From: Candidatus Heimdallarchaeota archaeon
GTDB lineage: Archaea > Asgardarchaeota > Heimdallarchaeia > Hodarchaeales > Hodarchaeaceae
Reading direction: 5' to 3'
Length of the DNA: 22,945 nucleotides
Assembly (NCBI GenBank): GCA_019057635.1
Contig: DXJL01000049.1
Location: 1-22,945, forward strand
Part shown: positions 9,003-18,192 of the stretch, in pieces
Layout of the letters: each line of letters starts with the position of its first letter
Position numbering within the stretch: the first letter of the stretch is position 1
The notes under the pieces: generated by a model
The model's input: only the letters and a program-made list of their open reading frames with translations
Database searches by the model: none
What the model was told of the DNA's origin: nothing
Position numbers and translations under genes: made by a program

Positions 9003-9905
9003 ATGAAAATCTCACTAGTCGGTCTTAGTGGTTGCGGAAAAACATCTATCTATTCAACAACTTTTGGAGGAATGACTCCTCTAGAAGTCAAAGATCTCGG
9101 CCCTACGGTCATGTATGAGGTCAAAAGCCATAATTATCTTGGGATTCAGGTTTCATTATGGGATTTTGGAGGCCAAGAAAAATATCGTGAAAGTTATCTA
9201 GAAACTCCAAAGTTATTAGCAAATACAGCAATTTTGATTTTTGTCCTTGATCTTCATCACCCTGAGAACTTTAATTTGGCAAACGAGTACTTTAATAATG
9301 TTTATTCAGCAATTAAAGAACAAGACGGAGATCCTCTTGTGAAAATCTTCTATCATAAGTATGATACAGAAGATTATGCAGAAGCTGCTCTTGAGGAGAA
9401 TCTCAAAAAAGCTAAACAGCTTCCATTTATTGTTAAATATTCTCCCCGTGAATATATAACCTCCATTTATAGACAAGAAGAACTCAGTGATATTATAAAA
9501 CAATTTTTGATCGCAGATTTTGAAGAATTGAAGAAAAGCGTTGAGAGTGCACAAGAATACTTATCAAAATTGAACTCCAAGATTATAATTACCGATGTTA
9601 ATGGGAATGTCATTACACATAATATCGAAGGATTTGCTACAGGTATTCAGCTTCGTGAAGACCTTCGTGAGTATATTTTCGCCTGTAATGTTCTACGTGA
9701 GAATTTTTTGACATCTGAATCCGCATTTTTCTCAGCTAGCTCTGATGTAAAGAAGTTGAAAGTCCATATCTTTAGTTATGTGTTAACCGTTCTTATAATG
9801 ATGGATGAACAGGAACCAGCTGATCCACCAGAATCGATTCAAGAATTATTAAAAGAAATGGAACTTTTTGCAGAATTATTGATTGAGATGAGTAGTGAGG
9901 AATAA
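9003..9905 (+). CDS. Rag/Gtr1-like small GTPase with C-terminal roadblock/longin-like domain
   Basis: GLSGCGKTS, LGPTVMYE, WDFGGQ, LIFVLD, HKYD, TSIY; C-terminal KIIITDVNGNVI. Start moved from 8907 to ATG 9003 because GAGGT at 8988-8992 precedes it and the G-domain begins there. Confidence 0.88.
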   Translation: MKISLVGLSGCGKTSIYSTTFGGMTPLEVKDLGPTVMYEVKSHNYLGIQVSLWDFGGQEKYRESYLETPKLLANTAILIFVLDLHHPENFNLANEYFNNVYSAIKEQDGDPLVKIFYHKYDTEDYAEAALEENLKKAKQLPFIVKYSPREYITSIYRQEELSDIIKQFLIADFEELKKSVESAQEYLSKLNSKIIITDVNGNVITHNIEGFATGIQLREDLREYIFACNVLRENFLTSESAFFSASSDVKKLKVHIFSYVLTVLIMMDEQEPADPPESIQELLKEMELFAELLIEMSSEE

Positions 9906-10120
9906 TCAACTGATCAAGTTGAAAGAATGAGAATTTTCAGTCTTCATTACTTTACTATTGTTTTCTTGGTTAGATCAGAATAAATTTTTTATACTTCACG
10001 CCCAACATTGGTTTCCGTTGTTTTCAGAGATATCTCACACAATTTATTATAAAGACCCCATAAAAATTATATTATCAGTAGTTCTTAACACCATGAAAAC
10101 AATATTGGAGACGTTCATAA

Positions 10121-10618
10121 GTGGTTGCAGCAGAAGCTATGGATTCGACAGTTCACGAGATCTTAAATTCGAGGGGGAAGAAGCGAGAACACCTGATTCC
10201 AATATTACAGGATGTACAGAAAGAATATGGATATTTATCCATGGAAAATCTGATAAAAATTAGTGAACATCTTGAATTATCACCAAATGAAGTTTATGGG
10301 GTCGCTTCTTTTTATCAGCAGTTTAAATTTATTAAACCGGGAAAACATATCATCTCGGTATGTCTTGGTACTGCCTGCTTCGTGAAAGGTGGGAATATTC
10401 TTGCAGAAGCAGTGAGGACAAAGTTAGGAATAGAACCTGGTGAAACGACTGAAGATGGACTATTTAGTTTTGAACGTGTTGCGTGTTTAGGGTGTTGTGC
10501 ACTTTCTCCTGTTGTACAAATAGATAGCGAAATCTACGGTCAGGTAAAGCCTTCAAAGTTACTCCAACTTATCAATCGGATGATTAAGAAGGAAAAGTCG
10601 AAGGAGGAACCAGAATGA
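10121..10618 (+). CDS. nuoE: NuoE/HydC-like [2Fe-2S] subunit
   Basis: LIPILQDVQKEYGYL, VYGVASFY, CLGTAC...CLGCC. GTG start with GGAG at 10107-10110; ATGA overlap with the next gene. Confidence 0.93.
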   Translation: MVAAEAMDSTVHEILNSRGKKREHLIPILQDVQKEYGYLSMENLIKISEHLELSPNEVYGVASFYQQFKFIKPGKHIISVCLGTACFVKGGNILAEAVRTKLGIEPGETTEDGLFSFERVACLGCCALSPVVQIDSEIYGQVKPSKLLQLINRMIKKEKSKEEPE

Positions 10619-12450
10619 CACAGGTGGAATCATTACCAAAATATTATCAGAAGACTGTTCTAATTTGCAAGGGAACCGGGTGTGTATCATCTAAATCGGA
10701 TGAAATTAGTGAGGAATTTGAAGAACAGCTTAAGAACTTCAATTTGCAGGAAAAAATAAAGGTAGATTTCACAGGCTGCCATGGATTTTGTGCACAAGGG
10801 CCAATTGTTATCATTGAGCCAGAAGGTGTTATGTACGCTCAGGTTAAAACTCCTAATGTCAAACAAATTGTTGAATCGCATCTTAAAAACGGTGTTCTTG
10901 TCGAAGATCTCTTTTTCATGGATCCTAAACTAAATAAACGCATTGGAAACTATAAAAATATCGATTTTTACAGTAAACAAACTAGAATGATCTTGGGTAA
11001 TTGTGGCCATATTAATCCAGAAGAAATTGATGCTTATATGAATACTGGGGGATATTCAGGATTAAGGAGTGCCCTAGAAAAAAAACCAGAAGAAATAATT
11101 CAGATAATCACAGATTCAGGGTTAAGAGGACGAGGAGGAGCAGGTTTTTCTACAGGTCTGAAATGGCAATTTTGTCATGATGCTCCTGGTAGTGAAAAAT
11201 ATATTATTTGTAATGCTGATGAGGGAGATCCTGGGGCGTTTATGGATCGCTCCTTACTTGAGGCTGATCCCCATAGTGTATTAGAAGGTATGATTATCGG
11301 TGCATATGCTATTGGTGCCTCTCATGGAATTATATATTGTCGAGCCGAGTATCCTCTTGCAATCAAGCGTTTTAGCCGCGCTCTTGTCACAGCAAAGGAA
11401 AGAGGGTTTCTAGGTGACAATATTCTAAATTCTGGTTTTTCTCTTGATATATCGGTTCATGAAGGTGCTGGAGCGTTTGTTTGTGGGGAAGAAACCGCAT
11501 TAATGGCCTCTATAGAAGGACATCGTGGGAATCCTCGTACTAGGCCGCCTTTTCCTGCCACTTCTGGACTTTGGGGTAAACCTACAAATATTAACAATGT
11601 TAAAACATGGGCGTCAGCATCGTGGATCTTTAAAAATGGGTGGGAAAAGTTCCATGGAATAGGTGTTGAGAATGCTACTGGAACGGCTATCTTTTCTTTA
11701 ACTGGGAAAGTTAAAAATCTAGGTTTGATTGAAGTTCCCATGGGAACTCCTTTGAAAGAGATTGTATACGAAATTGGAGGTGGGATTCTTGATGATAGAG
11801 AATTCAAAGCTGTTCAAACTGGTGGCCCTTCTGGCGGATGTTTACCCCCAAGTCATTTGGATTCACCTGTTGATTATGAAACCATGGCAGCTTCGGGAAG
11901 TATTATGGGCTCAGGGGGAATGATAGTTCTTGATGAAACCAATTGTATGGTAAAGCTTGCTCATTATTTTTTGACTTTCACTCAAGCTGAATCATGTGGT
12001 AAGTGTATTCCATGCAGGATTGGCACTAGAGCCATGCTGTTAATTTTGGAGCGAATTATTACTGGAAAAGGGGAAGACAAAGACCTTATGCTTTTGGAGG
12101 AACTTGCTTATACTGTTAAAATGGGCTCTTTATGTGCTTTAGGCCAAACTGCCCCCAATCCAGTATTAACGACTCTTAAGTATTTCCGTAATGAGTATCA
12201 ATCTCATATTTTTGAAAAGCGTTGTTTGGCGAAAGACTGTCAAGATCTCATTAATTATGTCATTGATGAAAGTCTTTGCAATGGATGTACAATTTGCGCT
12301 CGTAATTGTCCCGTCAGTGCTATTACTGGAGAAAAGGGGCAAGTGCATTTCATTGACACTGCAGTGTGTGTTACATGTGGCATCTGTCATTCAAGTTGTC
12401 CAAAAACAGCTATCTTCAAACAAGACAGGCCCCAAAAGGTGGTACCATAA
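10615..12450 (+). CDS. nuoF: NuoF/HydB-like FMN/NADH subunit with N-terminal thioredoxin-like [2Fe-2S] domain and C-terminal 2x[4Fe-4S] domain
   Basis: CKGTGC...GCHGFC, GLRGRGGAGF, NADEGDPGAFMDRS, GAGAFVCGEETAL, GGPSGGC, SCGKCIPCRIG...LCALG, HIFEKRCLAKDC, and two CxxCxxCxxxCP motifs. Confidence 0.95.
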   Translation: MTQVESLPKYYQKTVLICKGTGCVSSKSDEISEEFEEQLKNFNLQEKIKVDFTGCHGFCAQGPIVIIEPEGVMYAQVKTPNVKQIVESHLKNGVLVEDLFFMDPKLNKRIGNYKNIDFYSKQTRMILGNCGHINPEEIDAYMNTGGYSGLRSALEKKPEEIIQIITDSGLRGRGGAGFSTGLKWQFCHDAPGSEKYIICNADEGDPGAFMDRSLLEADPHSVLEGMIIGAYAIGASHGIIYCRAEYPLAIKRFSRALVTAKERGFLGDNILNSGFSLDISVHEGAGAFVCGEETALMASIEGHRGNPRTRPPFPATSGLWGKPTNINNVKTWASASWIFKNGWEKFHGIGVENATGTAIFSLTGKVKNLGLIEVPMGTPLKEIVYEIGGGILDDREFKAVQTGGPSGGCLPPSHLDSPVDYETMAASGSIMGSGGMIVLDETNCMVKLAHYFLTFTQAESCGKCIPCRIGTRAMLLILERIITGKGEDKDLMLLEELAYTVKMGSLCALGQTAPNPVLTTLKYFRNEYQSHIFEKRCLAKDCQDLINYVIDESLCNGCTICARNCPVSAITGEKGQVHFIDTAVCVTCGICHSSCPKTAIFKQDRPQKVVP

Positions 12451-14060
12451 TGACCAAGTGGATGAATATTAATGGGAGGCGTGTTGTGTTTGAGGAAGGA
12501 GAGACTGTACTTGAAGTAGCTACAAAAGCTGGAATTTTTATCCCTACTCTCTGCGCAAGACCAGATTTACCTTCATTTGGTGCATGCCGATTATGTATTG
12601 TTGATGTAGAGGGAAATCGAACTTATCCCAATTCCTGTACATTACCTGCCAGAGAAGGAATGGTTGTTCGAACTGAAACACCAGATTTACAAGCTGTTCG
12701 TCGAAATGTTTTCCAATTAATCCTTGCTGAACATCCCAGCTATTGTATTATATGTAAGGAACACGACGAATGTGAAAAAGTACGCCATGGGGAATATAAA
12801 GCAGGACGAGTTATTGGATGTTTTACTTGTAGTAACAAGGAAATATGCGAAATTCGAGAAATTTCTGAGTATTTACGGATCAAAGATATACGGTATCCAA
12901 TGCTTTATAAAAATCTTCCATTAGAACGTGATGATCCATTTCTTGTAAGAGATTATAACCTTTGTATCCTATGTGCTCGTTGTATTCGAGCCTGTCAAGA
13001 TGTATTGGGATACAGTGCTATTGCTCTAACTAAACGTGGCCATGATACTAAAGTAGGAACTATTTTAGAAGTATCTCACCTCGAAAGCGGGTGTGTATTT
13101 TGTGGTCATTGTATTGATGTATGTCCGACTGGAGCTCTCATTGCCCGTGGGTCGACATGGTTTGGAACTCCCGATAAATCTGTTACAACGACATGTAATC
13201 TATGTTCACACGGATGTCAAATGGTAATTGACGTAAAGTGGGATAAGGTAGTAAACGTTCATCCTCCATATGAGTTGTCAGCTCGTCGTGAATATTGTGT
13301 AAAAGGACGATTTTGTATTCCAGCTCTTGTAAATGGTCGTGACCGACTTAAATACCCTACTATCAAACGTAAAGTGATTAAAGAAGAGCAATATCCAGTT
13401 TCTTGGGATGAAGCAATTACACACACGGCTGATAAGTTGAAAGGCTACAAACCTGAGGAAATCGGAATTATATTATCTCCATCTTTAACTGACGAAGCAG
13501 TTTATCTTCTTTTGAAATTTGCACAAAGAGTCAGTACCATACCTGTTGTATATGACGAAAAAGGTATCAAGAATTTACGGTCTCAGGGAGTGAAAGCAAT
13601 CTTTTCTACCTTTAATTCGAATGTTTTCTCTGATTTTGAAGGTCTAGATTTCCTGATTCTACAGGATATATACCAATCGAATTCTTCTGATTCTGCCGAG
13701 GTCGTTCTTCCGACAACAGTTTTCACTGAAGAAGACGGAACAAAATCAGGGGAAGAATACATGAAATACCCAATAAATAAAGCAGTTGAACCACCAGGAG
13801 AGGCACTTCCTAGCTGGATCATTGTAAGCCGCATAGCTCAATCGATGGGATTAGATGGATTTAATTATGAATCAATTGAAAATTTACAAGATGAAATAAG
13901 GAATACCGAACCACTAGAAATACCTAAGGTTTCAAAACAACAACTTGATTATATGGGAGTTCCCATAGCCGACAAAGTTGAAGAGTTAAGGCTTTATATA
14001 ACTTCAAAGCGTGCTATCGACCAATCAAAAGGAAAAGGTGTATTAGATGTCCAAATTTGA
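12450..14060 (+). CDS. NuoG/HydA-N/FdhA-like FeS subunit with truncated, non-catalytic molybdopterin-enzyme-like C-terminus
   Basis: Start moved to ATG 12450 (TAATG overlap, AGGTGG upstream). Motifs: PTLC..GACRLC..NSC [2Fe-2S]; HPSYCIIC..C; CILCARCIRAC and CVFCGHCIDVCP; TTCNLCSHGC..YCVKG. Only ~240 aa remain afterwards. No H-cluster motifs. Confidence 0.88.
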   Translation: MTKWMNINGRRVVFEEGETVLEVATKAGIFIPTLCARPDLPSFGACRLCIVDVEGNRTYPNSCTLPAREGMVVRTETPDLQAVRRNVFQLILAEHPSYCIICKEHDECEKVRHGEYKAGRVIGCFTCSNKEICEIREISEYLRIKDIRYPMLYKNLPLERDDPFLVRDYNLCILCARCIRACQDVLGYSAIALTKRGHDTKVGTILEVSHLESGCVFCGHCIDVCPTGALIARGSTWFGTPDKSVTTTCNLCSHGCQMVIDVKWDKVVNVHPPYELSARREYCVKGRFCIPALVNGRDRLKYPTIKRKVIKEEQYPVSWDEAITHTADKLKGYKPEEIGIILSPSLTDEAVYLLLKFAQRVSTIPVVYDEKGIKNLRSQGVKAIFSTFNSNVFSDFEGLDFLILQDIYQSNSSDSAEVVLPTTVFTEEDGTKSGEEYMKYPINKAVEPPGEALPSWIIVSRIAQSMGLDGFNYESIENLQDEIRNTEPLEIPKVSKQQLDYMGVPIADKVEELRLYITSKRAIDQSKGKGVLDVQI

Positions 14061-14937
14061 AATTCTAAAAAAGGAAGAATTTGTACCCAATTTTTACAAG
14101 CTAGATATTTCAGTTCCTACTATAGCAAGAAAAGCTAAAGCAGGTCAATTTATCTTAGTAATGGTAGATGAACGGTCGGAAAAAATACCTTTAACCTTAA
14201 TAGATTGGGATAAAGAAAAAGGTACGATTTCGTTTATTGTCCAGGAATTAGGATTATCTACTTCAAAAATGGCATTTATGGAAGAAGGAGATTCATTTTA
14301 TAGCATTGTAGGGCCATTAGGGGAACCAGCCTATCTGGAGAATTTTGGAACAGTTGTTGTGAGCGGGGGTTGTTACGGAATAGGCGCGACCTATCCAATA
14401 GCAAAAAGACTCAAAGAACTTGGAAACCACGTAATAACAATTATTGAGGCTAAAAACGAGAATTTACTTTATTATGAAGAGGAATTCAAAACTGTGAGTG
14501 ATGAAGTCATCCTCGTTACCACTGATGGATCTAAAGGAGAACGGGGACATATTTACGATGTGCTTGAGCACATGATTGAATCTCAACAACGACAAATTGA
14601 TCATATCAAAGTTATTGGCTGCAATGTCATGATGAGCAAGGTTTCAAAGCTAACGAAAGAAAAAGGAGCTATTCCCACCTATGCTACAGTTATCACAATT
14701 ATGGTGGATGGAACAGGGATGTGTGGAAGCTGTCGTTTATCTTATGATGGTAAAACAAAATTTGCATGCGTTGATGGACCAGAATTTAATGCCCATAAAA
14801 TTGACTGGGAGGAAATAATACATGTACGTAACACCTCGTATATTAGTGAGGAAACACTTGGCTTACAGAATTTTTCTCCTGAATGCCGATCCTTAGCTAA
14901 ATATCAAGAAAAATCCAAAGAAGAGGAAACATCATGA
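14047..14937 (+). CDS. nfnA: NfnA (SudB-like) small subunit of NADH-dependent reduced ferredoxin:NADP+ oxidoreductase
   Basis: IARKAKAGQF, EKIPLT, GPLG, TTDGSKG, MVDGTGMCGSCR, KFACVDGPEF. Confidence 0.92.
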   Translation: MSKFEILKKEEFVPNFYKLDISVPTIARKAKAGQFILVMVDERSEKIPLTLIDWDKEKGTISFIVQELGLSTSKMAFMEEGDSFYSIVGPLGEPAYLENFGTVVVSGGCYGIGATYPIAKRLKELGNHVITIIEAKNENLLYYEEEFKTVSDEVILVTTDGSKGERGHIYDVLEHMIESQQRQIDHIKVIGCNVMMSKVSKLTKEKGAIPTYATVITIMVDGTGMCGSCRLSYDGKTKFACVDGPEFNAHKIDWEEIIHVRNTSYISEETLGLQNFSPECRSLAKYQEKSKEEETS

Positions 14938-16667
14938 AGTCTAAAGACCGAATGAAGATAGTTTTTTCTGAAATGCCAACCCAACCTCCTCAGGTACGAG
15001 CAAAGAATTTTCGTGAAGTTCCTTATGGCTATTCCGAAGAGATGGCTCTTCAGGAAGCAAATCGATGTTTAAACTGTAAGAAACCTAAATGTGTTGAAGG
15101 GTGTCCTGTACGTGTTCCAATACCAGAATTTATCTCTCTTATACAAGAAGGGAAGTTTTTAGAGGCTGCTTGGAAAATTAAAGAAAGAAATGTTCTCCCT
15201 GCTGTTTGTGGTCGTGTTTGTCCTCAGGAATCTCAATGTGAGGAAAAATGTGTTAGGGGTAAAAAAGGAAAACCTGTAGGAATTGGCAATCTCGAACGGT
15301 TTGTTGCAGACTATGAAAGATTTAGTGGCCATATTCCTGAGCCCATGCGAGTTAAGAAAAATAGGAAAAAAGTAGCTATAATCGGGAGTGGACCCTCAGG
15401 TTTAACAACAGCAGGCGATTTAATACAACAGGGGTATGAAGTAACGGTTTATGAAGCATTTCATCTTGGTGGAGGCGTTCTTGTATATGGAATTCCTGAA
15501 TTCAGACTTCCTAAATCAGTTGTACAGTATGAAATTCAGAATTTGGAGAATTCTGGTGTCAAATTTGTTTATGATTCAGTTATTGGGAGGGTTCGCAGTA
15601 TTGATGAATTATTTTCTGAGGATGGATACGATGCAGTTTATATTGGAGTTGGGGCTGGCTTACCTGTGTTTATGAATATTCCAGGAGAAAACTTGCAAGG
15701 GGTTTATTCTGCTAATGAATATTTGACACGTTCGAATTTGATGAAGGCGTATCTTTATCCCGATTATGATACGCCATTACTTACTGGGAAAAATGTTGTT
15801 GTAGTCGGTGGAGGAAACGTCGCTATGGATTCAGCCAGAACTGCTCTAAGACTCGATGCTAAAAATGTATATATCGTCTACCGTCGTTCTAGGGAACAAA
15901 TGCCAGCGAGATTGGAAGAAGTTCACCACGCAGAAGAGGAAGGAATTCAATTTAAGTTATTATCTAGTCCAGTAGAGATCATGGGTGACGAAAAAGGGAG
16001 AATTGAGTCTATTCGATGCCAACGATATGAACTTGGGGAACCAGATAAATCAGGCCGCGCCAGACCAGTTCCGATAGAAGGGGACTATTTTGAACTCACT
16101 ACGGATCTGATTATCATTGCGATAGGAAATAAAGCCAATCCTTTGATCACAATGACCACACCAGATTTAGAGGTAAATAAATGGGGAAACATTGTAACTG
16201 ATGAATTGGGAAGGACTAGTAAACCGTTTGTATACGCGGGTGGGGATATTGTAACTGGAGCGGCAACAGTTATTTCTGCAATGGGCGCTGGACGACGATC
16301 GGCAATGGCTATTCATGAAGATCTTTTTCCCACCACAGAGGAAATTACTGAAAGCTTTATGATCCCTAAAGAGATATTAGAATTAAAACATGTAGCAATT
16401 TATCCAAAATCAGTTTATCTAAGAGTCAATTTAGTTAACGTTTCCGAAAAAGAACTTGATCAAGTTAAAATCCGAATTTCTCACGTTCATGATTTTTTTG
16501 AAACAACAATGTTCGAAAAAACTGTACCTCAATGGTCACCTGGTGAAGAACACGAAATCGATTGTCCCCGCATTGACAAAAGCGAAAAAGAATATCTGAT
16601 TACAATTAATGACCTACATGGTAAGATTATGTCAAAAATTATTGTTGCTGAAGATGTGAAAAAATGA
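14934..16667 (+). CDS. nfnB: NfnB (SudA/GltD-like) large subunit with an extra ~100-aa C-terminal beta-rich domain
   Basis: EANRCLNCKKPKCVEGCPV, VCGRVCPQESQCE, GSGPSG, YGIPEFRLPK, GGGNVAMD, YRRS, GGDIVTGAATVISAMGAG. The protein continues past the usual end (AIHEDL) for about 110 aa. Confidence 0.93.
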   Translation: MKSKDRMKIVFSEMPTQPPQVRAKNFREVPYGYSEEMALQEANRCLNCKKPKCVEGCPVRVPIPEFISLIQEGKFLEAAWKIKERNVLPAVCGRVCPQESQCEEKCVRGKKGKPVGIGNLERFVADYERFSGHIPEPMRVKKNRKKVAIIGSGPSGLTTAGDLIQQGYEVTVYEAFHLGGGVLVYGIPEFRLPKSVVQYEIQNLENSGVKFVYDSVIGRVRSIDELFSEDGYDAVYIGVGAGLPVFMNIPGENLQGVYSANEYLTRSNLMKAYLYPDYDTPLLTGKNVVVVGGGNVAMDSARTALRLDAKNVYIVYRRSREQMPARLEEVHHAEEEGIQFKLLSSPVEIMGDEKGRIESIRCQRYELGEPDKSGRARPVPIEGDYFELTTDLIIIAIGNKANPLITMTTPDLEVNKWGNIVTDELGRTSKPFVYAGGDIVTGAATVISAMGAGRRSAMAIHEDLFPTTEEITESFMIPKEILELKHVAIYPKSVYLRVNLVNVSEKELDQVKIRISHVHDFFETTMFEKTVPQWSPGEEHEIDCPRIDKSEKEYLITINDLHGKIMSKIIVAEDVKK

Positions 16668-16676
16668 TTATCGGAA

Positions 16677-17075
16677 TTACGCTAGTTCAAGTGTATTGAA
16701 TGCGGCAATAATGTCATGAGTTGTGATAATACCTACCAATTCATGAGAAACAGGATCTTTAACGGGAATTCGTTTAATATTTTTTCTGTACATCGTGATT
16801 AATGCATGTTCAATTGTATCCTCGGGCGTAATTGTGATTAAATCTTTTGTAGCAATTTCTATTGCCATAACTTCACATAGGTCTTTACAATCGGTTATTA
16901 CTTTTCTTACAATATCCCGTTCTGTAATTATCCCTATCACTTCGGAATCATCATAAACCAATAATGAACCAATATTTTTCTCTATCATTAATTCTGAAGC
17001 ATATATCACGTTTTCATCCCCACTTATAGTTATTAAATCTTCTGTCATTAAATCTTTAACCTTAGTTCTATTCAA
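16677..17075 (-). CDS. Stand-alone CBS-pair protein
   Basis: VKDLMT..LITI, IGSLLV, GIITERDI, IKRIPV, LVGIITTHDI. TTG start with GGAG upstream. Confidence 0.92.
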   Translation of the reverse strand: MNRTKVKDLMTEDLITISGDENVIYASELMIEKNIGSLLVYDDSEVIGIITERDIVRKVITDCKDLCEVMAIEIATKDLITITPEDTIEHALITMYRKNIKRIPVKDPVSHELVGIITTHDIIAAFNTLELA

Positions 17076-17092
17076 ATTTCATTCTCCTACCT

Positions 17093-18112
17093 TTAAATCC
17101 GTTTAATTTTTAGCGTATCTTCTTCATCCTCTATTTTAAGTAAGTAACGTATCCCTTTCTCTAATTTAGGTTTAAATTCTACCCCACTAACCTCATTTGG
17201 AGCCCATTTCAAGAGTTTCTTGACTTTCTTGTCTTCACCAAAGAAACCATGAGATTCATAGACTCGGATAACTACATTTTTTAGATCGAAAGGAGAAGTA
17301 TTTTTTACAGAAATTTTTACTAAATCTTCCCCTCTACTTATTGATAGAATTTTGATCGATTTTGGACTTTCTTGAGAATGATCTGCAGTTTTCTGGCCAA
17401 TAACTTTACTATCTTCACTTCTTGGAATCGCGAATCTTAATTTCTTTTTTGGTACAGAGTTCAAAGTAGTCTTTTTGCCAGGTTCACGTTCATATTTTCT
17501 TTCCATATGAAAAAAAGGTTCAAGTTTACTAATTGGTGTGTTAGGAGTTAATGATTGACAAATTTCAGCTAGTCCCTCTTCAACTAATTCAACGTTGTCT
17601 GGTAAAAAGTCTTTGTTCTCAGCCTTATCAGTCGATTCAAGCTGAAATCGCACGAGATAACACAAATGTTTACTAAATTTTTCCTTTATCTGGGAATGAA
17701 ACTCGTGCAGTATTTCTTGAGCAATGAAAGAAACTTCTGCAGGAGCTTTTACGATGAGGATAAATCTCTCCTTTTGCCACTTCATTGCTTTCATACCTGA
17801 CCGTCTCTTCAACCGTTGTGTATCACATTCGAAGAGAGTGGCTGAATATACTACTCCACTAAGTTCAAGATCCATTGTAGAGAATTTTTCAGACTTAAGG
17901 AATTGATCTTGATGCCACCACGCTGGGTGAATAGCTAAGATGGCCCTTTCGTTTTTACTTGACATGAGAGCCTTTGGATACGCAAACAGTAGTGAATGAC
18001 CTTGTAATTCATCATAAAAATAAATGAAGAATCCGAAAGAGCGATCTTTTACTTGAAGGTGATATGAATCAATAGGATTTGATTTCCCATTCGGCAAAAA
18101 AATGAACTCCAA
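17093..18112 (-). CDS. Longin/uDENN-like N-terminal domain plus C-terminal beta-sandwich-like domain (paralog A)
   Basis: GFFIYFYDELQGHSLLFAYP resembles the uDENN/NPRL2/C9orf72 longin start. Aligns by eye with 18193-19161 in both domains, and its C-terminal domain aligns with the NfnB1 extension. Confidence 0.7.
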   Translation of the reverse strand: MEFIFLPNGKSNPIDSYHLQVKDRSFGFFIYFYDELQGHSLLFAYPKALMSSKNERAILAIHPAWWHQDQFLKSEKFSTMDLELSGVVYSATLFECDTQRLKRRSGMKAMKWQKERFILIVKAPAEVSFIAQEILHEFHSQIKEKFSKHLCYLVRFQLESTDKAENKDFLPDNVELVEEGLAEICQSLTPNTPISKLEPFFHMERKYEREPGKKTTLNSVPKKKLRFAIPRSEDSKVIGQKTADHSQESPKSIKILSISRGEDLVKISVKNTSPFDLKNVVIRVYESHGFFGEDKKVKKLLKWAPNEVSGVEFKPKLEKGIRYLLKIEDEEDTLKIKRI

Positions 18113-18192
18113 GTAATAAGATAGATACTCAAATACAAATTAATTAACATAACATTAGAAAATTAAAAATTAAATCTTTTCTTGTGGCTATT

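Noticed and set aside
9958-10263. 101-aa ORF overlapping nuoE
   Set aside because: Overlaps a well-supported gene in another frame and has no motifs.
12366-12449. Upstream extension of the NuoG-like ORF, and ORF 12191-12472
   Set aside because: These lie within the nuoF ferredoxin domain; the coupled start at 12450 is better supported.
12450-14060. Calling this an [FeFe]-hydrogenase or a formate dehydrogenase catalytic subunit
   Set aside because: No H-cluster motifs, no in-frame Sec codon, and most of the Mo-bisPGD domain is missing.
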